DNA of 64,000 bases from Octopus vulgaris (GCA_951406725.2 OX597828.1:37696001-37760000), one strand, 5' to 3'. Counted from the stretch's first letter, positions 1 through 14,474 are shown. Notes: generated from the sequence alone by a model not told the origin. Numbers and translations: made by a program.

Positions 1-151
1 GCAATGCGATACCCCAAGCAGCAATAACGGAAATACTTATAACAGTGATTTGAGATTCAGTATTACCTTTGGAAATGAAATTTTATGCATCGGGAGTTAC
101 GTAGCTGAGACTTAAAAAAACAAATACTCCATCAATGTGTGTGTGTGTGTG

Positions 152-217
<66 letters not shown>

Positions 218-223
218 GAGAGA

Positions 224-278
<55 letters not shown>

Positions 279-865
279 GAAGGAGAGAAAGAGAAAACGA
301 AGGAACAAGAGTGTTCATAAAATTACTCTTTTACGTGTTTCATCTTAAAGATTGTGGCATTGCTGCGGCACCACCGGTACGACCGTCCTTTGAATGGCCA
401 TCTCTATATGTCTCGCTTCTAAATCTCCAGTTTTATCGTCCTTTTTTACTTTGTACTCAGTCATGTTTCAAACTATGGGGACTAGTCTAAGGTATTTTTG
501 AGTATAGTATAGGGTCCCTTTTGATCCTTAAGAATTCACACGGAGTTCTAAATATTGGCTATATCTCATGGAATTTAGACATCAGTCACACTATAAATGA
601 ATGAACGCATCACATGCATTCTTCTCCTAACGCTATTTGATTTGTACTTCCTACTCTCAATTTCAACTTTTGTCTGACCTTTTCTCTTATCGGTGAAGAA
701 GAACTATATCCGAAGCGTAATACTTCTTGCTGCTTGCAGCCTTCCTTGTTTATCAAATAGAGTTAACAGTAAACATCTTTCGAATATTTGGAGCTCATTC
801 TTTTAGTATCTTCACTTTGTTTTATATATATATATATACATCTCTCTCTCTCTCTATATATATAT

Positions 866-916
<51 letters not shown>

Positions 917-972
917 TGTACATGCACACACACACAGACACACACAGACACACACACACACAGACACACACG

Positions 973-1006
<34 letters not shown>

Positions 1007-1402
1007 CACACATAAACACATATATGGTGTTAAATTAATAGTTTGCATATGTGTAGCATTTTAGGTATGTACATGTGCGTGTGTTGTGGTCTGAATAAGT
1101 ATATGAATATTAAAGATTTCTCGGCTTCAGATGTATTCCAAAGCAAAGGAATATTGAAATATGGTCCACATAGATTTCATTGATAATGTTGATAGGAGGT
1201 GAGAACAGAAATAAAAACAGCGCAAGATTGGCTGAATTTTCATTGATGGGGAGATAGAGATATAGACTGAATGATAAAGAAAAGTGAGTGTTTGGATATG
1301 AAAGTGATTGGTGCATGCATATGTGAGACCCAAACGTTTACATGCATGGATAACTTCACACTCACACACATACACATACAGAAACACATGCAAGCACACA
1401 CT

Positions 1403-1439
<37 letters not shown>

Positions 1440-1531
1440 GCATATAAACACACAGAAATACACATACGTATGATGTTTAAGCACAAATCTTTTATGCGAT
1501 ACAGTAGAAATGTGAGTATTCAATATGAGTG

Positions 1532-1583
<52 letters not shown>

Positions 1584-1587
<4 letters not shown>

Positions 1588-1644
1588 TAAAAACGGGAAG
1601 ATAACAAAAGAAAGAAAGAGACCTCAATATAATGTAAATATTAT

Positions 1645-1646
<2 letters not shown>
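1584..1646 (-). mobile_element. Short (TA)n-flanked insert, possible PLE 3' tip
   Basis: ~60 bp purine-rich unique sequence between two TA arrays, the same layout as the other tips. Confidence 0.3.
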
Positions 1647-1691
<45 letters not shown>

Positions 1692-1746
1692 GCATAATAT
1701 ATATATATACATAATGTATATATACATATATAAATAGCAATCCAAG

Positions 1747-1778
<32 letters not shown>

Positions 1779-2144
1779 TAAAAGCGTGAAGAAATGCATA
1801 TATGTATGATGCTTAAATACAAAACGTTTGCGCGATGTAGCAGAAATGCGAGTACTCAATGTGAGTGTAGAGTTTGTTTATTGAAAGCTGTCAATTTTGA
1901 TAGGTGGCGATCAGTCCAAATCTGCAAGGAGAACTTTGTTGTTACCGTAACTCATATATTCATGCATATATATATATATATTTAGATTGATAGATAGATC
2001 GTTTGATAAATAGATACAGATATAGATATAAGATGTATACATATAGGTATATTTACATTTTGTGTGTATATATATATAAACATATATATATACACATTCA
2101 TACATATATACATATACATATATGTGTATATCTATATATATAAA

Positions 2145-2183
<39 letters not shown>

Positions 2184-2202
2184 ATTATACATATATATAT
2201 AC

Positions 2203-2253
<51 letters not shown>

Positions 2254-2386
2254 ATTATACATATATATACATATACATATATATATATATATATATATAC
2301 GTTAGATATTATGAATACATATATAGATATATACACGTAAATACATATATAAACATACATTTACATCTATCTACAGTGAGATAACC

Positions 2387-2451
<65 letters not shown>

Positions 2452-3183
2452 CACACGTACACACACATATACAGACACACAGCACATATATAGGGGGAGA
2501 GACAGAGAAAGAGGTAGATAGTTATAATGAATGAAAAAGAAAGAGAAGATAAAGATCGAGAGAGATAGACAGATAAGTGCAAATCATACGGAGACAGGAA
2601 GAAATGTAAATGAAATTTCCAGTAAAAGAGATGAGTTTGAATAAATTATTTCCCCTGCGAAATCTTTTGAAGCAGGGTGGTGCTGCTAAGTAAGCGATTT
2701 AAATCTTAGCGATAAATCTAGGCAGAAACACAGTTCTCGTTATATTGGCAATTCCGACATAAGAATTTGCATTTCTTAACGAATCTTTTCATATTATCAA
2801 GCATGTCTTGAGATTTGACCATTATTTCCAGAAAGTTACATGTTATTGGCAATCTCATTCTTTGAAAAAGCCGTGCGATAAGATAACTGTTTTAATAATG
2901 CTAACAAAAAGGAAATCTTAATAAAACCTGTGATGCCAGACAACAAAAAAATCCAAAATTTCTAATAAACGTAATAGAAAGATAGGAAAAAAAAATAAAT
3001 AAAAGAAAAGAAAAGAAAGAAAGAAGGAAAGAAGGAAGGAACGAAAAAAGAAGGAAAGAAAGAATGATCGGAGGAAGGAATTAATGAACGAATAAAGAAA
3101 AATGAAATAAAATCATAAAGCAAAAACAAAATTCAGAATTGCTAAGAAATACATTCTGGAACATGCCCTCGGAAAAAATTATA

Positions 3184-3200
3184 ACACATACATACATACA

Positions 3201-3234
<34 letters not shown>

Positions 3235-3358
3235 CATACATACATACATACATACATACATACATACATACATACATACATAAATACACACATACATACA
3301 TACATACATACATACATACATACATACATACATACATACATACATAGATATATATACA

Positions 3359-3392
<34 letters not shown>

Positions 3393-3448
3393 CATACATA
3401 TATACAGTACATACGTATACATATACATACATACATGCATACATACAT

Positions 3449-3491
<43 letters not shown>

Positions 3492-3621
3492 GTGTATATG
3501 TGTATGTGTGCCTGTGTGTATTTATGTGCTATATACACACACATGAATATGCATATGTATATACGTAGATATATATATATATATATATATATATACGTAT
3601 ATATATATGTATGTATGTATG

Positions 3622-3675
<54 letters not shown>

Positions 3676-3700
3676 TACATATATATATATAAATATATAT
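3184..3700. repeat. Compound (TACA)n/(CA)n/(TA)n microsatellite
   Basis: Direct reading. Confidence 0.95.
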
Positions 3701-3851
3701 ATACCTATTCAGACAAATATGTACTTGTACATATACACATGAACACGTAGAATATACAAGTGCATATGTGTGTGTGTGTTTTTGTGTATATGTGGGTGCG
3801 TGCCTGAGTGTATGTATCTATATTTATATATGCATGCATATTTATGCATGT

Positions 3852-3897
<46 letters not shown>

Positions 3898-4367
3898 TAT
3901 GAGAGAGAAAAAAGCGAGAGGTTGACAAAGTGAGATAGAGAGAAAGATTGAGAGATGTAAAGAGAAAGGGAGAGTCAGACAGACAGACCGTCAAACAGAG
4001 AGAGACAGTGAATGAAACAGAGAGACAGACAGACAGACAGACAGAGTGTGAGTGAGTGAGTGAAGGAGGGAAACCGTGGCTGTGAAATATATTTAAATTA
4101 ATCCAAGACGTAACACTTTCTGGAGCACACACAAGAACCTGACCGGGTAACTATAAACTTCTTCCTCTCTTTCACTCTTTCCCTCTCCCTTCACACCTTC
4201 CTTTCTTTCTGTCCTCCTGTCCCTCTTTCTTTTTCCTTACTTCCCTCTTTATTCCACACATCCTACCCCTCTCCCTTCCTTTCATTTTTCGTTTCCTTTT
4301 TCCTTAATATTATGCTGCGCATTAAGTTTATTTGTTTATTAATCATTCTATATGATACCTATTTATT

Positions 4368-4608
<241 letters not shown>

Positions 4609-4932
4609 TTTTCTGTGTTTCTTCTTTTATTTTCCTCTCTGTATATTTATTTGTATTTTTTATTGGTTTATTGGTTTATTAGTGGTTCGGTGTGCATTGA
4701 AATAAATTGTGGTCGAAACGAAATGATATTAAAACATTAAGAGAAGCGAAAGGAGTTGCAGAGAATTCCATGCGCATGCAGTTGTGCAAGCAAAGAAACG
4801 GATATTCACACACACGCGCAGCGCACGTGGTCGCCCCCGCCCCACATGCTTTATAAAGTGCACATATTGAGACAGGCCAACACCAGCAAAACACACAAAC
4901 GTACACAAATTAAATCTTGCAACATATACGAA

Positions 4933-5005
<73 letters not shown>

Positions 5006-5519
5006 ATATAAAGCTGTATTCTCTTTGCTTTTTTTTTTATCTATTTTGTATTTGTCCTTCATCTATCGTCTTGAATTACATTTCTTCATTTTCGTATCTC
5101 TACTTCTGTGTTGCTTGTTATCTATGTATGGCTTCTTTATTCTCGGTCCAATATTCTCTACAACTCTTGTGGATGTCCCCAGCTGGGAAACAATCTTATC
5201 GTTAAAGGCACGAAATTGCGCAATACCCTCTGGTCGATAACTGACGAAGAAATAGGGACCTCCGTTTTCTGGTTTTTGTTTTTCTGTGCACTTAATATAT
5301 GTTTTCTGTTCGTCTGTGCAATTAATGTTTATCTTTTAATTTGTCATTCTGTGCTGGCTTTTCACTTATGCATTTGCTATAGTTTATTTCACTTATATAT
5401 ATGCACATATATACACATATGTATATTCAGTATGCGATGGGTAAATTGTTACCATTTTATATCTTTAATTTTGTGCATGGCCATTGTTTCTCTTTGATTT
5501 TGTCGACTAAACAGTATAG

Positions 5520-6025
5520 TAGGGTCAGTTGGGCACAGTGTGTGAAAAACAGCACCATGACGAAATTTGGAAAAAATTTGGAAAAAACAGCACCCGACAA
5601 AATTTGGAAACGTTATGCTGCACTGCTTAGCATTTGTGCCGAAAGATCTAATACAAATATTTCAGAGTGTTTGGGTGTCAATCTGAGGACAGTACAATCT
5701 GAGGACATGTACTAAAAGGGGTGAAAATCAAATATCCAGCCAACATGGGGCGCAGTTGAATGAGAAACCAACACGACTCTTTGTAACACCAAAGATGAAC
5801 TGAAGGCAAGGATTATGGCAGCATTCACCAACTTAAACAAAAAGACCATCCAGAAGAGTTGCAGGAGATTCCGAAGACGACTGGAGGCTGTGGTTTAAGC
5901 CAATGGCGATTTTATTGAATAAATTTACTCTTTGGTATTTCTAGATAATTTTATGGAATTTTGGCAAATATATCTGCGAAAATAAGGTGTCAGTGTTATT
6001 TAGACGACAGTTTAATTACTGCTCA
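5520..6025 (+). mobile_element. Internally deleted Tc1/mariner (DD37D/maT-like) remnant
   Basis: HTH-like ISECLGVNLRTV and C-terminal WGAVE...NTKDELKARIMAAF...CRRFRRRLEAVV.ANGDFIE*. Confidence 0.7.
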
Positions 6026-6223
6026 TATATATATTTGTATGTATGTATGTATATATGTATGTATGTATGTATGTGTGTATGTATGTATGTATGTATGTAT
6101 GTATGTATGTATGTATGTATGAATGTATGTATATGTACATCTCTCTCTGCGTCTCTCTATCTCTCTTTCTCTCTGTATGTATGTGAGTATGTATGTATGC
6201 ATGTATGTATGTATGTATGTATG

Positions 6224-6283
<60 letters not shown>

Positions 6284-6480
6284 CTTTTATTTGTTTCAGT
6301 CATTTGACCGCGGCCATGCTGCCGCACTGCCTTTAGTCGAGCATATCGACCCCAGGACTTATTCTTTGTAAACCTAGTACTTATTCTAAAGGTCTCTTCT
6401 GCTGAACCGCTAAGTTACGGGTACGTAAACACACTAGCATCAGTTGTCAAGTGATTGTGGAAGGACAAACACAGACACGC
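6284..6480 (-). mobile_element. SINE family A tail
   Basis: ttgtttcagtcatttgaccgcggccatgct...ctaagttacgg matches family A. Confidence 0.85.
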
Positions 6481-6549
6481 AACATATACATACATTTCCC
6501 TCTCTCTCTCTCTCTTCTCTCTCTCTGTCTCTCTCTCTCTCTCTTCTCC

Positions 6550-6610
<61 letters not shown>

Positions 6611-6614
<4 letters not shown>

Positions 6615-6895
6615 TGAGCAGGAAATGGAGAAATCTTGATCAACACCAATTGACTACCATCGATTATTTTTTTAATACAAAACCTTAAAAAATAATGATC
6701 GATGCTAGTGAATTGTTGTTGATCAAGATTTCTCCATTTCCTGCTCAATTTAAATTTGATTCCTGATAAACTTTTTTTTATTCAATTTTTTTACCTGTAG
6801 CCTATGAGCATAGTGTGCTTCCATACCGATAGTAAGAACGGATACTGTTATCCCCTACACGGTTATTCCAACCGCTAACTCTGTTTACCTTTGAT
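6611..6895 (+). mobile_element. Fold-back cassette abutting (TA)n
   Basis: ~65-bp arms 6611-6675 / 6685-6751. Unique extension to ~6895. Confidence 0.6.
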
Positions 6896-6964
6896 ATATT
6901 TATTTTTTTATTATATTTTTTATTTTTATCTAGTTTCAGCTCACAAGCTGTGGCCATGCTGGGG

Positions 6965-7022
<58 letters not shown>

Positions 7023-7061
7023 TGTGCGTTTTCCTGTTTATGTGTATTCGTATTTTGTGTG

Positions 7062-7264
7062 TGTATTTGCAGGTTGGTGAAATAAACTCTGCCCTATCCC
7101 GAATGTGCAGGAGATATAGATTTTTGCAAGGGTTTCTAAATCCATTGCAATATTGGAAATCCTTTCGCATTGTCTGTAAGTACGTCAGTCACAAACGTTT
7201 CGGCGCTTGGCGTGTACGCTTTGTCAGTGTGACGCAGCAAGGACTGAACTAGTCTTAGTCTACG

Positions 7265-7267
<3 letters not shown>
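7062..7267 (-). mobile_element. Short microsatellite-flanked hammerhead cassette
   Basis: Unique sequence between TG/TA tracts, carrying the 7188-7233 motif. Confidence 0.5.
7188..7233 (-). ncRNA. Type I hammerhead ribozyme (G8>A decayed)
   Basis: Minus strand reads GTCACA-CTGACAA-aGCG..CGCc-GAAA-CG-TT-TGTGAC: perfect 6-bp stem I and ACGT palindromic stem III. Confidence 0.75.
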
Positions 7268-7328
<61 letters not shown>

Positions 7329-7350
7329 GCACACACACATATACATATAA

Positions 7351-7638
7351 CCACTTCTCCTCGCCAACCAGTGGTTGTCACATGCTGATGATGGGTGAAT
7401 ACCCAGAAACTCGGGTCCGTGTGTATCACGTCAGGCTGGAGATGGGAACGATGACTTCCCTTTGCAAATACTGATAGGACACAGAAAGTGTGTCAATAGC
7501 CAGCTGGAGGAGATGTCTTCCTGGGGCTACAAGCTACTGTAGCATCGACCCTTAAGGGTTAGCCACATTTAGGTACCAAATATACTTCATCATGTCGTGC
7601 AGCTACCGTTTATACCTCGCTCAGAGATTTATTACTGC
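7351..7638 (+). mobile_element. Short (TA)n-flanked hammerhead cassette (probable PLE terminus / retrozyme-like)
   Basis: Unique sequence between TA/CA microsatellites, containing the 7379 hammerhead. Confidence 0.6.
7379..7423 (+). ncRNA. Type I hammerhead ribozyme, canonical core
   Basis: CACATG-CTGATGA-TGGGT gaat ACCCA-GAAA-CTCGGG-TC-CGTGTG: 6-bp stem I, 5-bp stem II, self-complementary stem III. GUC cleavage predicted after 7417. Confidence 0.88.
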
Positions 7639-7650
7639 TATATATATACA

Positions 7651-7681
<31 letters not shown>

Positions 7682-8488
7682 TTGTGTGTGTGTCTGTCTC
7701 TCTGTGTCTATATGTATCTGTGTATGTATGTATGTGTGCATGTGTGTATGTATGCATCCGAAAGCGCCCAGTTTTGAAGCAAACTCTTAAACAATGGAGT
7801 CGTGCGTGTACAGTAGATTTTTTTTTTTAAACAAACATTTTGAATAAATAATTTACTTCATATGATGTATCACCTAACCAGTAAACCATATAATATTTCC
7901 TCATTGCATAAGTAATGCCTTCGTGGAAGTATTCCAAGCGTGTTTGTTGCAAGAGTTCATTAATGACTCTTTATAATTGAGCTGCGTTGAAACATGTAAG
8001 ATGATATATCATCCGGCTTCATTTTTGTTGAAACATAAATAACCGATGGAGCTAATGTATTAGCTTTTACATATAACGTGGGTAGGCAATCTGTAAGGTC
8101 GTTTGAGCCTCACATAGAATGAATTATGTCATTTATTCTGGCACTCTCTGTTCCGAGTTCATATCCTACCGAAGTTATTTTTGCCATACGTTCATTCAGG
8201 GTGGGTAAATAAAGTCCCTATCCATGGCAGATTTAGATTTGGAGTATTGTTAGAGCGTCCGGATCGATCCTTTATGTATCACTTCCACTCCTTGGAGTTT
8301 TGATTCTAAATTCCCTTGAGAGTTCCAATACCACAGGCGGACATATAGCTCTTCATACCAAGGCGGACATTAACAGAGTGTAGGGCGGCATCGCTCTATC
8401 ATTGAACAGGCTTCTCAGTCGTCGAAGCACATTTACGCCATGGATTCGGAAGATTTGAATATCAAGTATGCACATTGGGGATCGGTGT

Positions 8489-8798
8489 GGAGGCACATGG
8501 CCTAGTGGTTAGAGCAACAGACACGCAGTCGAGGGATCGCGGGTTCGAATCTCAGACCGGGGAATGTGTGTGTTTATGAGCGAAAACACGTAAGCTCCAC
8601 ATGGCTCCGGCAGACGGTAATGGCGAAATTCTGCTGACTCTTTCGCCACAACTTTCTCTCACTCTTTCCTCCTGCATCTTGCAGCTCACCTGCGATGGAC
8701 CGGCGTCCCGTCCAGGTGGGGAACCTATACGCCAAGGAAACCGGGAAATCGGTCCTATGGGTCAAGCGTGGCTCGAGAAGGAACAAACAGCAACAACA
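8489..8798 (+). mobile_element. SINE family B (tRNA-derived head), tail type 1
   Basis: A box tggcctagtgg, B box ggttcgaatct, body gagcgaaaacac..gctccac, (CAA) tail. Confidence 0.85.
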
Positions 8799-9044
8799 TT
8801 CGGGACCGAAATCACATCTTTGTGTCCACAATAATCAAACTTACAAGCGAATGTTGCTAATGTTTCAACGATTATGAACACATTTACAACAAGTAAGAAA
8901 GGCCACCAACAACAACGAGATGCGATGTGAAACGACATTTGGAGTAATAGTTCGGCTAATCTCTTTTATTCATGATTCATGAGCTTCCATAAATATATAC
9001 TGTTTAAACTAGAAGAATCTGACGTCACATGATATCCTCTAGGT

Positions 9045-9222
9045 CAGTGGTTCCCAACATGGGGTCCGCAAAGGTAGTACTGGGGGTCGGTGAACTAAAT
9101 TCAAAGTTTCATATCTATCGATCTATCTATCTATCTATCTATCTATCTATTCATATATACATACGCACGCACACACGCACGCACACACACACATACACAC
9201 ACACACACACACACAAACACAA

Positions 9223-9271
<49 letters not shown>

Positions 9272-9347
9272 CACACACATTAGGATAAGCATATTAAAAG
9301 GTGTCCTTGGGAAAACTCATTTAAATAAAAAGGGTTGGGAACCACTG
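9045..9347. mobile_element. hAT (Charlie-type) MITE
   Basis: TIR CAGTGGTTCCCAAC / GTTGGGAACCACTG. Perfect 8-bp TSD CTCTAGGT at 9037-9044 and 9348-9355. Confidence 0.95.
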
Positions 9348-10879
9348 CTCTAGGTGTAAGAAAAACAATTTAGGCATTTCTCTCTTTCTTTTTCTTTCTC
9401 TCACCCCCTTTCTCTGTTTGCCTGCCTGTCTGTCTGTCTGTCTGTCTCTGTCTCTATCTATCTGTCTATCTATTTCTCCCACTATACATCTGTATATGGT
9501 CAGTCCTTAAATGTCAGCTTAGTCCTACGAATGCATCCAATGCTATGAACTCCATTAATTTCACCTGCACAAATTATAACCAATGATATCTGCCACTGTT
9601 TACTTTAGATTTTAGGATGGCATGATTTGTATTTAGAATAACGTGTCACAGGTGAAACCTTATAATTTCTGAAAGGCACAAGCGTAATTATGCGCTTGTG
9701 AAGAAGACTTAATAATTTAATGCCATTGAACATTTAAATCACATTTAAATATTAGGTTATCTGAAATGCCGAATAAAAGGAGATGTGTAGCATTTGATCG
9801 ATGTGTTGTTGTTAGTATTATTGTGGTCATTGTGCAGCCCCAAGTTAGCCTTGAACGAACAGGTATGGCAATGACTATCAACTTCTGATTTTTTCCTCCA
9901 ACTGCTGTTTTTTTTTGTTTTTGTTTTTCGACATAGTGAATTTAGAACTATTTTATCCAGTGTGTGTTGTTAGTTCTTTTTATTTCCCCCGACTGTTGGT
10001 GTGATTTGCGAGAGAGATTTAACTGGTATTTCTAACTTGTCAAGCGACTACATAGAGGCTACTTCTGATTGCTCAATTCCATGGGCATATGCAGTAGATG
10101 TTTTTATCATTTGACCGGCCAGCTTTAGATGATGTTTGGTATCATATACTGAACACTTTAATAAACGGTTTCATTGATTCAATACCTAGCTTCGAAACCA
10201 AATGGAGATTACGCGAGTGATATTTAATATCGAAAAGTTATTAATTCTAATAAAAGTGAAATGGGATTCAATTGATCTTTATTTATTTCTACGATGAAAA
10301 ATCCTTTGCTTTATGGTATGGAAAACAGCTTGCAATCTGTATTACATTACATACAACACTTCTACAACGTCAACGACACATGTAAAAAAAACCCATTAAA
10401 ACAACACTGAAAACATATTTGTTTTTCACTGATTCATTGTTGCTTAACTCCGACAACTTTGATGGGAAAAACTTAATTTGAAGTGTGTATACGTTCTAGT
10501 GACCATCTCGTGGTTTTTGTATTCTGGACATGATTTTTCAAAATGTTCTTCCAAAAGAATTTTCAGTTATTTCACCACTCTCTTTTTTTACGGAGGAAAA
10601 ACCGTCTAAAGACTGACATTTTGCTTCGATGTTAACGTTGTAACATTAACCAAACCAAGTCATTCGCTGCGTATCTCAGCGGTTATTCCATGTAATCATG
10701 GTTAATGTTCGGGGTATATTTCCTATCTAGGATTTTATTTTTGAACTGCAAATGAATCTAACACAGTCAAGGATAAACGATCAAGAAAAAAAAAACAGAA
10801 ATAAAATATTTGCTCAGCCTACTGTGTAAGATATGAAAAACTTTTTTCTGCTAATATAAAATAAACTTGCTATATTCTA

Positions 10880-11227
10880 CGAGGGTGAGTAAAAAAGTAA
10901 TGCCATTTTGTTTAGGACAGGTATAATTACCAACACAGGAACATGTATCATACATCAAAATGAAGCTGGTCCTCTGTGGATCACATACCTACTTCTCAAC
11001 ATAGTTACCGTTTCTCTCAATAGCAATGTTCCACAGTCAACAGGGGCAAGGATAAATGCTCTCATTCGAAGTTAGAACATTGCTATTGAGAGAAACAGTG
11101 ACTATGTTGAGAAGTAGGGATGTGATCCACAGAGGACCAGCTTCATTTTTGATGTATGATACATGTTCCTGTGTTGGTAATTATACCTGCCCTAAACAAA
11201 ATGGCATTACATTTTTACTCACCCTCG
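10880..11227. mobile_element. Mariner-type palindromic MITE
   Basis: TA|CGAGGGTGAG...CTCACCCTCG, with ~152-bp inverted arms (10880-11031 / 11075-11227). Confidence 0.9.
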
Positions 11228-11351
11228 TCAACCGTCAAATGCTTGTTTATTCTCATTTTTTTTTTATTTATTATTAGTGTTCTTAATGTTTTGCTAAAAT
11301 TGCTGTTTCTTTTCAGATATCATCAGAAAAAGGTAATTAAAACTCATTAAA

Positions 11352-12423
11352 CTGACAGATCTTTCGGACTTTCAAAAAGGTCAAATAGTTGGTGCTCAAT
11401 TGGCAGACGTTAGCGTAACGAAAACAGCCGAACATTTGGTGTATCAAGAACTACTGTCTCGAAAGTAATGGCAGCCTTTGAGAAAGAGAAAAACCTCGTC
11501 GAAACAAAACTCCTGAAGAAAACTTTCAGCTAGAGAACGTCGGAATCTTACGCGAATTGTTAGAAAGGATCACAAAAGTCCAATTCTCAAAAATACTGCA
11601 GAGCTTAATGACCAACCTCTTCGAGAACCCAGTTTCCACAAAAACTGTTCGCCAGGAGCTGCAAAAAGCCGGATTTCACAGGAGAGCTGCAATCAGAAAA
11701 CTACTACTTTCAAAAACAAACTTTGCTAAGTGTTTAGAGGGGAGTAAAAACCTACAGAATTGGTTCCTAGAGCAGTGGAAGAATGTTATTTACTTGCACG
11801 AGTCATCCTTCACGTTATTTGCGACCACCAGCCAAGTATACGTGTGGAGAGAGCCGAAAGAAGCAATTGACCCAGAATACCTTCTTCCAACTGTTAAACA
11901 TAGAGGAGGATCTTTGACAATCTGGGGGTCTATATCTTGGAAATCCGCCAGTCCAATCGTTTCCCTTCATGGCAGAATTGATAGTCTTGACTATTTAAGC
12001 ATTTTACGTGATTCATCCTAAGTTTGCGGAAGTGTTTCCGGGGGAAAACGCAATCTTTCAGGATGATAATGCACCAATTCACACAGCTAAAGTTGTTACT
12101 GAATGACACGAGAAACAGTCTAGTGAAGCTGAGCATCTTATCTGGCCACTACAGTCCTCAGATCTCAATATTATCGAACATTTATGATGTATTTTAGAAA
12201 AACAAGAAAAGAAGTCGATATCCGCCGCCATCATCACTACAAGAACTGGAGACTGTTTTAGCTGAAGAATGGATAAAAATTCCTTTGGAAACAATTCGAA
12301 CCTTGTACTAGTCCATAACCTGTTGAATTCAAGCCGTAATTACTGCCAAAGGTGGTCCTGCTCCACATTGAATTAAATTTGTTTGAAATTTTAAGGTGTT
12401 TCCATTATTTTGTCCAGCACCTG
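11352..12423 (+). mobile_element. Tc1 (DD34E) transposon fossil with right TIR
   Basis: DLSDFQKGQIVGA..GVSRTTVSKV paired domain; VIYLHESSF, FQDDNAPIHTA, SPDLNIIEHL and AKGGP motifs, with frameshifts and stops. Ends ggtgtttccattattttgtccagcacctg|TA. Confidence 0.92.
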
Positions 12424-12443
12424 TATATAAATTTCAACTAATC

Positions 12444-13040
12444 GGCGTTGATGCATGGGAAGAAGTTTGCTTCTCAACCACATCGTACCACATTCAGTCC
12501 CACATTCACCACCTTCGGTGACTGTCTTTTACTATTAACAGGCCAACCAGGCCCTTGTGAGTGGATTTGGTAGATGGAAGCCGTAAATGTCTATTGCACA
12601 CACACACACACACACGCACGCACGCACGGATATTCATCTGTATATCTGTATATATCTATGTTTGTGTGTGTCTGCGTTGTGTTTCTCCACCATTTCCAGA
12701 CAACCGGTGTTGGTTTGTTTACGTCTCCAGCTTCTATCGGCTGGGTAAAAGTGATTGATAGGGCATGAACCAACATATAAATATATATATATATATATAT
12801 ATAAATATATATAAATATATATATATAAATATATATAAATATATATATATATATACATACACATATATATACATATATGTATATGCATACACACACTTAT
12901 ATACATATATATGTTATGTATGTATGTATGTATGTATGTATGTATATAAGAAGTACTGCAGTTGATTTGTCGGGCAAAACCCTTAAAGATTGTGCTCCAG
13001 AATGGCCGCAGTCCCAAAACTGGAACAAGCAAAAGATAAA
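12444..13040 (+). mobile_element. SINE family A, degenerate
   Basis: ccttgtgagtggatttggtagatggaa head and gtgctccagaatggccgcagtc tail. Confidence 0.7.
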
Positions 13041-13557
13041 ATAACGAACCTGCAATAATATGCAAGATATATTTTCTACTAAGATGTCTCGCATACTATG
13101 TAAAAATGTAACGTTTCCTGTCGATAATAATTCTATTACACGACGTAGAGATGTCACATTTTCTTAGTGATAAGAAGCAATAAGCGTGCATATATGTGTG
13201 TGTTTGTGTGTGTGTGTGTGTGTCTGTCTGTCTGTGTCTGTGTGTCTTTGTGTTCAGAGAGAGGGTGTGAAAAGATAAGCACCAATTTTTGTAGCATTAT
13301 TCAGGGTTTTCTCGTTAAGTTAGTGCGTGAATGACCAGAGCTTCTCAACAAATTTTTACAGAAGAAAAGATAAGAGATTGCGCTTGACGAGTTGATTCGA
13401 ATTTGGCAATAACGTCTTGTGTTGAATCGTTGTTTAAGATAACAATTGGGAAATTCGGTTAAAAGTGATCCCAGGCGCAGTCGTCGCCGACAGCGACGGA
13501 ATCAATATGAACGCTTTTGAAACAAACGGAACACGCACAGAAGAAAAGTAGAAAATA

Positions 13558-13794
<237 letters not shown>

Positions 13795-14324
13795 ATCTCT
13801 CTCTCTCCCATCCCCTATGTTTCTCGTTCTTTCTTTCCTTGTAATTCTCTTTCTTTCTGCCTCTCTCTTCTCTCTCGCGCGCTCACTCATTCTTTCATAC
13901 ACATATATATATATATATATATATGTATGTGTACATGTGTGCGCGTGCGTGTGTGTGTGTGTGTGTACGTGTGTATGTGCACGTGTATTTCCGTGTGTGT
14001 GTGTGTGTATGTCTGTGCGTGCGTGCGTGTGTGTGTGTATATATGTATGTGCGTGTGTGTGTATGTCTATGTGTGTTTGTGTGTTTGTATGTGTATGTCT
14101 CTCTCTCTCTCTCTCTGTTTCATATATAGCTACACTAATCTTAATTAACAGATCGCTGTGATGACAAAGCGTAATTCCGAGTCAGTCTTTGTATCGGATT
14201 AGAGTCAGCGGGGGGGGGGGGGCGGAGGACTCTCAAAATATACGAGCGTGTCGCTAATGAAGAATGCTAACCTCACTTATATTTCGATATTTTTTTTTTA
14301 CATTTTATATGTACATACATACCC

Positions 14325-14393
<69 letters not shown>

Positions 14394-14424
14394 AATATAA
14401 ATATACATACATATATATATATAA

Positions 14425-14474
<50 letters not shown>

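Noticed and set aside
685-730. Hammerhead-like GTGAAGAA..ATCC-GAAG-CG-TA
   Set aside because: Multiple core changes and no convincing stem I; at best a fossil.
1125-1170. Hairpin TATTCC/GGAATA followed by GAAA..GTC
   Set aside because: Core reads CTTCAGA and stem I does not pair.
5236-5270. CTGACGA in a possible PLE 3' fragment
   Set aside because: Stem II and the 3' strand of stem I are missing.
10700-11351. Left TIR of the Tc1 at 11352
   Set aside because: No complement of the right TIR was found by eye.
14210-14226. G13 run / GC box
   Set aside because: Isolated homopolymer with no other support.
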